A stretch of 50,169 nucleotides of DNA from Chloroflexota bacterium (GTDB taxonomy: Bacteria; Chloroflexota; Dehalococcoidia; JACVQG01). The DNA lies in NCBI GenBank assembly GCA_016210545.1, contig JACQTY010000166.1:1-50169 (forward strand), in the 5' to 3' direction. Under the pieces are notes generated by a model that saw only the letters and a list, made by a program, of their open reading frames with translations, was not told the origin of the DNA and searched no databases. This document shows positions 44,322 to 50,169 of the stretch, in pieces (position 1 is the first letter of the stretch; every line of letters starts with the position of its first letter). The translations under genes and the position numbers were made by a program.

Positions 44322-45138
44322 GCAGGCCCGGGATAACTACATAGAGAAAGGTATTCGCCAAGCCGTGCGCCAGGCTCACTCCCAAGAGTGAGCCTGATTT
44401 TTTTGCCGCCCAGGCGAAGTAGACGGCCACCGCGAATACGAAGAGCACGTCAGCTATTGCCAGGAACCCCAGGTGGAGAACGGCGAATAGCAGGGAGACG
44501 TACAGCCAGCCCCAGGACCCCAGCGTGTCCTCCGACAACTTGCGCAGGACGCCCCTGAAGATCAGCTCCTCCACAAATCCCGTCGTTGCTATGATTATGA
44601 AAGCAGGCAGCCAGGCCCTTTGCAGAGTGAACGGCGGCAACACCAGCCCATCCGGCGCCAGGATGAGGTACTCGACCAGCCCCAGAAACGGCCCTGAGAG
44701 GATGATAAGCATCTGGAAGGGGACCTTGCCCCATCTGAAGCCTATTTCCTTGAACGGAAGGCGAAGGGTTACCGCAGCGATTATGGTACCCGCCAGCAGC
44801 GGACCGTATATGAGGGGAAACCATGTGACCTGCGGAAAGGTCTGCAGGGGCATGGCAAGGCTGAGTATGCGCGTTAAGGGCGCCAGGGTAAGGCCCAGAA
44901 GCAGCCTGGCGCCAGGTTCCCTGAAGCGAACAGAGCCATGGACCAGCAAGGCCGTGAGCACCACTACATGGAAAATGATGCCCAGCAGAGGCCGGCTGAA
45001 GACCACTACGATCTCTGCCGCGGTGATTACTGCCAAATAGACCAAAGGCGCCAGCAGCGAACGCTGCCGGGCAATTGCGCTATACAACATGACTCCTGTC
45101 TGTCGGACTGCGGTGCGAAATGGGATGCGAATTCCCAA
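44311..45138 (-). CDS. CPBP (type II CAAX/Abi) intramembrane metalloprotease
   Basis: EELIFRG, FAVLH, HGLAN motifs; multiple TM helices; start uncertain. Confidence 0.9.
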   Translation of the reverse strand: MGIRIPFRTAVRQTGVMLYSAIARQRSLLAPLVYLAVITAAEIVVVFSRPLLGIIFHVVVLTALLVHGSVRFREPGARLLLGLTLAPLTRILSLAMPLQTFPQVTWFPLIYGPLLAGTIIAAVTLRLPFKEIGFRWGKVPFQMLIILSGPFLGLVEYLILAPDGLVLPPFTLQRAWLPAFIIIATTGFVEELIFRGVLRKLSEDTLGSWGWLYVSLLFAVLHLGFLAIADVLFVFAVAVYFAWAAKKSGSLLGVSLAHGLANTFLYVVIPGLLTI

Positions 45139-45153
45139 CCCAAGCGTGGCCGA

Positions 45154-45789
45154 TCATCGGGTAACTTGCGCCGCCGGGTGGTCGAGGCGCCCGGTCTTCA
45201 AGGCGTACAAGAACCGTCTGGTGTGGAATACCCTCACGGCAGCAAACACAAGAAAGCCGATGCCGATAAGCTCCGGAACGAAGGCTTCGGGGTCACTGAT
45301 GAGGGCCTGGAGCATGTTCCCGAACCACCCGTTCAGGTCCTCCCGGGGGAAGGCCCACCCTTTCAGCGGCCACCACATGACGCTGGGCCACCGCCACATC
45401 TGGTCCTCCAGGTCGTGCATCAGAGAACCAAAGGCCAGGATGAGCAGCCAGCTTCTCCGCCGTGTCCTGAACAGCCACAGGCCCGGTATGCCGGTGATGA
45501 GCGCGAACAAAAAAGTGTGGGCGTGGATGCGGCCGTAGCTGAAGGTATCCCTCAACAAGGCCTGTCCCAACGGCTTGTCGATAATATCGGGGAGAAGGCT
45601 TGCTACCAGAAGCAGCCTGTAGTCCATCCATTCCCTGATGGGTAGAAAACCGCGCCAACCCGCCCTTGACCGCCTGTCTCCGTGATTATCTGTTGCGGCG
45701 GGTGTCACGTTAGCCCGCTGGCGGGAAGTCAGGGCATCGGCGATCATGGCCATACCGATTGTGATACCCGCGTGTCCGAACACAAACAT
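45154..45789 (-). CDS. YdjM-like membrane metal-dependent hydrolase
   Basis: FGH, SLLPDIIDKP, GR..AHT, HDLED, WPL.G. Confidence 0.85.
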   Translation of the reverse strand: MFVFGHAGITIGMAMIADALTSRQRANVTPAATDNHGDRRSRAGWRGFLPIREWMDYRLLLVASLLPDIIDKPLGQALLRDTFSYGRIHAHTFLFALITGIPGLWLFRTRRRSWLLILAFGSLMHDLEDQMWRWPSVMWWPLKGWAFPREDLNGWFGNMLQALISDPEAFVPELIGIGFLVFAAVRVFHTRRFLYALKTGRLDHPAAQVTR

Positions 45790-45822
45790 TTCGTTCGAAA
45801 TCTAGCTGGAGGTCGTAAGGGT

Positions 45823-46779
45823 TCAGCGCCCGCTGCCGGAAGCGGAAACGCGATAGTGGGCGACCGTCCTCGCCAGTCCTTCCTCAAGGGAAACCAGGGG
45901 TTGCCACCCCAACGCAGCCCTGGCCTTAGAATAATCGAGACAGATACGATAGATCTCCCCTTTGCGCACCGGGGCGTAGTTGGGTTCTTCCCCGTAGCCG
46001 ACAACCCTGGCTATCAGATCGAATATGCGGCGGTCCGATGTTTCAGCAGCCGTGCCCAGGTTGAGAATACCCACCGCTGGCGCCTTCATAGCCAGCACAT
46101 TGGCCCGGGCGATGTCGTCCACGTAAGCATAGTCCCGCGTCTTGTCCCCCTTGCCGAATATGGTGGGGCGTTCTCCTCGTAGCATCTGGCCGGTGAAGAT
46201 AGCAATAACCCCCGCCTCGCCCAGAGGGTTCTGCCGCGGGCCATACACGTTGGGGTACCGGAGGGCCACATACTCCAGGCCATTCTGAAGCCAGTACAGG
46301 TGAAGGTAATGCTCCACAGCATGTTTGGCGGCGCCGTACTGAGACAGAGGATTGACGGGATGACCTTCATCTACCGGCAGGTGCTTTGGCTCGCCGTAGG
46401 CGGCCCCCCCGGAGGATGCGTAGACTATCTTCTTCACCCCGAACTCCAGGCCATTGCAGATTATGGCAAGGCTCCCCAGTATGTTCACCCGGGCATCGAA
46501 GAGCGGGTCAGCCACCGAGCGGCTGATGACCGCCTGGGCCGCCTGATGGCTGACCACCTGAGGTTTCTCCAGTTCAAAGACCTTGCCCAGATCGGACGAG
46601 CAGATGTCTGCCTCGTAGAAGCGGGCCTTGGGGTTTACGTTGCGCCGGGAACCGGTGCTCAAGTTGTCAACAATAGCGACATCGTGCCCTTCGGCGAGCA
46701 AGGCATCTACGATGTGGGAACCGATAAAACCGGCCCCACCTGTAACCAGCACCTTCAACTGCCGTCCGCCTTCAAGCAA
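45823..46779 (-). CDS. NAD-dependent epimerase (UDP-glucose 4-epimerase-like)
   Basis: VTGGAGFIGSH, YGAAK, NVYGPRQ, TRDYAYVDD; alternative TTG start at 46758. Confidence 0.93.
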   Translation of the reverse strand: MLEGGRQLKVLVTGGAGFIGSHIVDALLAEGHDVAIVDNLSTGSRRNVNPKARFYEADICSSDLGKVFELEKPQVVSHQAAQAVISRSVADPLFDARVNILGSLAIICNGLEFGVKKIVYASSGGAAYGEPKHLPVDEGHPVNPLSQYGAAKHAVEHYLHLYWLQNGLEYVALRYPNVYGPRQNPLGEAGVIAIFTGQMLRGERPTIFGKGDKTRDYAYVDDIARANVLAMKAPAVGILNLGTAAETSDRRIFDLIARVVGYGEEPNYAPVRKGEIYRICLDYSKARAALGWQPLVSLEEGLARTVAHYRVSASGSGR

Positions 46780-46856
46780 AATTCGAGATCGTTCGGCGAG
46801 GCCAAACGATCTCGAAATTCACGCTATTTCCGTTCCATATGTTACAATATTAGCTG

Positions 46857-47732
46857 ATGGAAAGCAAAAAGACCATACGCATCACCGCTCGCGTTGAGCT
46901 TATCTCGGTCATCTCCTTCGTCGCCCTGCTGGCGTTATCGATTGCAGTCCCCTGGATTGTCCCCCGCGTAGTCCTTGGTATTCTGTTTGTCCTGTTTGTA
47001 CCTGGATACACATTGCTCAGCACTCTTTTCCCACGGAAAAAGCCTCTGGACTTGTTGGAAAGGCTGGTGATCAGTGCAGGCTTCTCTCTGATCGTCGTGA
47101 GTCTAATCGCCTTTGTCATGAACTTTACCCCGTGGGGCCTGCGCCTGGCGCCCCTGTTCATTGGCTTCTCCGCGTTCGCTGTAGGCATGACCCTGGCTTC
47201 TTACCTGGTGCGCAGGCGCATACCGGAGGGGGAACGTTTCGAAATAGTAATACCCGTCAAGCTACCGGTATGGGAGGGCGCGAACCGCTGGAGCAAGGCA
47301 TTATCGCTAACGTTGCTGGCTTCCATCGTGATAGCAGTTGGCAGCATAGGCTTTGCCATAGCCAGGCCCAAAGCAGGAGAGAAGTTCACCGAGTTCTACG
47401 TTCTCGGGTCCCAGGGCAAAGCTGCGGATTACCCTCAGATGATCAAGATGGGGGAAACGGTCTCCATCAAGGTGGGCGTTATCAACCGCGAGCAAAGGCC
47501 TGTGGCCTACCGGCTGGAGGTGCTGATCGGCGGCGCCCGCGCCGTGAGCAGAGGTCCGATAACGTTGGACGATGGCGAGACGTGGGAAGAGGACATACCG
47601 CTGAAACCGACAAGGGCAGGGCAGCAACAGAAGGTGGAGCTTAACCTGTATCGGCCCGAGGACGTCCAGCCCTATGAGTTTCTGATTCTATGGGTTGACG
47701 TGCCCGAAGCCGGGGTTTCGCTCCCGGGCTAG
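46857..47732 (+). CDS. DUF1616 domain membrane protein
   Basis: FVPGY.L...LFP, LERLV.S.G.S, NFTPWG, EKFTEFYVLG..GKAADYP. Confidence 0.88.
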   Translation: MESKKTIRITARVELISVISFVALLALSIAVPWIVPRVVLGILFVLFVPGYTLLSTLFPRKKPLDLLERLVISAGFSLIVVSLIAFVMNFTPWGLRLAPLFIGFSAFAVGMTLASYLVRRRIPEGERFEIVIPVKLPVWEGANRWSKALSLTLLASIVIAVGSIGFAIARPKAGEKFTEFYVLGSQGKAADYPQMIKMGETVSIKVGVINREQRPVAYRLEVLIGGARAVSRGPITLDDGETWEEDIPLKPTRAGQQQKVELNLYRPEDVQPYEFLILWVDVPEAGVSLPG

Positions 47733-48926
47733 CGTCGCGTAAAGCTCCTCAGCTTCGCTGGCTCGGGCGTCCAGACCGAAACCGCTTCGCACAAACTGTT
47801 TCCCTGCTTCGCCCATGCTCGCCATCCGGCTCTTGTCCTGGAGAAGGCCCAATAAAGCCCCGGCCAGTTCCCTGGCGTCCCCGGGCGGCACGAGGGATCC
47901 CGTTTTGCCACTAAGCACAATCTCGGGTATGCCACCGACGGCGCTGGCTACGGCCGGCCGGCCCATGGCCATGGCCTCCAGAATGGAGATGGGGTAGTCG
48001 GCGATGCCCTCGATGGTGATATACGGCGCGACCATGACGTCGCACGCCGCCATTGCCGCCGGCATATCCTGCACGATTCCCAGGGGCACTACGTTGGCAT
48101 CAAGGCCGTCTTGATGGAAGCGGGTCTTGACCTCGAAAGTCCCTCCCGCGTAGGCCTCCAGGGGCATGTTCACCGCCAGGAGAAGTCTGATCTCCGGGAA
48201 GCTCTCTTTCACGGTCTTCAAAGCGGCCGACAGCACCGAAAGGCCTCGCCGCGGCGTCAGATCGCCCACCGCCAGGACAAAGGGGCCTGTTCCCCGCAGA
48301 CCGAGGCGACGGCGCGCTTCCTCGGCCGAAATGGCCCCGCTGAAACGGGTCAGGTCGATGCCTGGGGGCGTTAGCCTCACTTTGCTGGCCGGGACGCCGA
48401 TCCCCTTCACAGACTGCAACGTATTCCGGCTGAGCACCCCGAGGCAGGTCACGGAATTCAGGTACATTCGGGCCAGAGCCGAATGGGATAATACCTGGTA
48501 AGGGCGCCAGCCCTTCACCGGCAAGATAGGACAGTACAGCGTGTGCAATGACGGCGTAGCAGTCCGGCGGCCCGCCAGGCCGGTGATGAGGGCGGGCATC
48601 GGGTAGCCGGAGTGTCCGTGGATAACGTCGAACCGCCCGAAGCGAGAGAGGCGCTTGACTTCGCCCACCGCCTTTGTCATCCAGCCCAGCCCATATCTGA
48701 GGGAAGCGTACGTCCCCGGGATACGCAGGGAATGGACCTCAGCCCATTCCAGGCCGGTATGCGCGTCGCCCGGCCGGGAGTGGAGATGGGGGGTTGTCAC
48801 CACGGTGGTCTCGTGGCCGCGCTCGGCCAGCGACTTCGCTATGCGTACTGCATTATTCTCGTGCCCGCCCACGAATGCCTTTCCCCCGGCGTTCCCCAGT
48901 CCCGGGCAAATCACGCAGACCCTCAT
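47688..48926 (-). CDS. GT4 glycosyltransferase
   Basis: MRVCVI..GGHE, HGHS, PISILEAMAMG.P, VGGIPE. Confidence 0.9.
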   Translation of the reverse strand: MRVCVICPGLGNAGGKAFVGGHENNAVRIAKSLAERGHETTVVTTPHLHSRPGDAHTGLEWAEVHSLRIPGTYASLRYGLGWMTKAVGEVKRLSRFGRFDVIHGHSGYPMPALITGLAGRRTATPSLHTLYCPILPVKGWRPYQVLSHSALARMYLNSVTCLGVLSRNTLQSVKGIGVPASKVRLTPPGIDLTRFSGAISAEEARRRLGLRGTGPFVLAVGDLTPRRGLSVLSAALKTVKESFPEIRLLLAVNMPLEAYAGGTFEVKTRFHQDGLDANVVPLGIVQDMPAAMAACDVMVAPYITIEGIADYPISILEAMAMGRPAVASAVGGIPEIVLSGKTGSLVPPGDARELAGALLGLLQDKSRMASMGEAGKQFVRSGFGLDARASEAEELYATLARERNPGFGHVNP

Positions 48927-48954
48927 TTCTTCCCCCCGGGGCAAGACGAACAAG

Positions 48955-49040
48955 CGCCGCGCTGAGCCAGTCGAATCCCGACAGGTCGGGATGGCCGCCA
49001 GTCCTTCGACACGCCCAGGATGGCGGCTCGAATCCCGCCC
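48955..49040. repeat. CGCCGCGCTGAGCC..TCGAA palindromic element with nested CCCGA-N4-TCGGG
   Basis: Near-identical to the copies at 17398-17470, 23045-23068 and 24501-24524. Confidence 0.75.
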
Positions 49041-49080
49041 CCGGCAGCCATCCTTCTCGGTACCCCCCAATGAAACGAGG

Positions 49081-50169
49081 TCATGTGGGATGCCCTCTGT
49101 CTCTATCGTTGTCCCTGTCTTCTGCCACTTCCTCGTAGACACCTGTGATCCTGGCCAGGACTGAGTCCCAACCGTAGTTCGCCAGGGCGTCTCGTCGAGC
49201 CCGGGCCCCCAGCTTCGCCCTCAGTTCCGGGCTGGCCAGCAGCAGGTCTATCTTCTGCGCCAGGTCCCGGGGGTCGCCCGGTGTGCACAGCAGCCCGTTG
49301 GCGCCATCCTGGATGGCATCGCAGTTGCCCGGTATGTCGGTGGCCACGATGCCCTTGCCGTAGGCCATAGCCTCCATGACTACGATGGGCAGGCCCTCGA
49401 TGAAAGAGGGCAGGGCAAATACATCGGTCGCCAGATAGGCTGGCTCCAATTCGTCGCGGGTGAAATGTCCCAGGAAGAGGACGTCCTTGTCTACGCCCGC
49501 CTCGACGGCCCTCTGTTTCAGGAACTCCTGGTGGCCGGCGAACCCGGGTATCTCGCCGCCGACCAGCAATAACAGCGGCTTCGACGTGGTATAGCGAAGG
49601 GCCTCTATAAGATACTCCACACCCTTCCTGGGGATAAGCGTGCCCACGAACAGCACCGTCTTCCTATCGCCGATGCCGTACCTGGACCTGAACGTCCTGC
49701 TGTCGCCATCAAGATGAAAGCGACTTAACTCAATGCCCGGCGGAATAATACGAATGTCCCTCCGGCGTGCGCCCAGGCCCTGGAGGATATCCGCTTGCGT
49801 GGGCGATAGTGCGATGACCCTGTTCATGGCCTTCAGGGTCCAGTTGCCGGCGGTAGCATTGTAGACTATCTCCATGCCGCGTTTCCAGCCGCCGTAGCCG
49901 GGGATGGCGCCGTGGGAAGTCAACACCATCGGGAGGCGGTTAAAACACCTGGACAGGGCAGCCATATTGCTGGAGAGGAAAACGTGGCTATGAACGTGGA
50001 CTACGTCATACCTGTTCCTGCCGAGCAGTCTCAGGAACAGTCCGGGGACGAACTGGTTGTTAAGCGGTCCGAACCAGGAGCGGAAACGGTTGACGTGGAC
50101 ACCGTGGTCACCCGCACGCCTGGCGGAGGGCGGCACGTTGGAGGTGTATACAGTGACCTGGTGCCCGGC
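49081..50169 (-). CDS. GT4 glycosyltransferase (5' end outside the window)
   Basis: HVHS, FVGTL..RKG, PSFIEGLPIVVMEAMAYG; frame open to the window edge. Confidence 0.9.
   Translation of the reverse strand, partial: AGHQVTVYTSNVPPSARRAGDHGVHVNRFRSWFGPLNNQFVPGLFLRLLGRNRYDVVHVHSHVFLSSNMAALSRCFNRLPMVLTSHGAIPGYGGWKRGMEIVYNATAGNWTLKAMNRVIALSPTQADILQGLGARRRDIRIIPPGIELSRFHLDGDSRTFRSRYGIGDRKTVLFVGTLIPRKGVEYLIEALRYTTSKPLLLLVGGEIPGFAGHQEFLKQRAVEAGVDKDVLFLGHFTRDELEPAYLATDVFALPSFIEGLPIVVMEAMAYGKGIVATDIPGNCDAIQDGANGLLCTPGDPRDLAQKIDLLLASPELRAKLGARARRDALANYGWDSVLARITGVYEEVAEDRDNDRDRGHPT

Overview
GC-rich bacterial chromosomal window, probably Chloroflexota/Dehalococcoidia-like (inferred from gene content and frequent leaderless promoters). 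It carries housekeeping genes: a CCA-adding enzyme, P-II plus glnA with a GlnR-like box, and mutS/mutL separated by a toxin-antitoxin island. A thiol/redox neighbourhood holds a PIG-L deacetylase, a thioredoxin, a ferredoxin:thioredoxin reductase, an MshA-like glycosyltransferase and a GNAT. A glycosylation locus lies at the right end. Several families of short palindromic or periodic repeats occur throughout, and some sit in frame inside genes. The best candidates for undescribed systems are: (1) a yezD-pstSCA-pstB::TusA-APS reductase operon with an operator, a structured leader and a PstS lacking the usual Ser/Thr-rich phosphate motifs, possibly a Pst-derived sulfur-oxyanion uptake and reduction system; (2) a zinc-ribbon cluster around a single-pass membrane protein with a putative cytoplasmic nucleotidyltransferase domain and an EspG-like partner; (3) a Thr-rich membrane peptide with a CPBP protease, DUF1616 and glycosyltransferases; (4) two tandem triple-repeat lipoproteins. 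All family calls come from recognising motifs by eye; no database searches were run.
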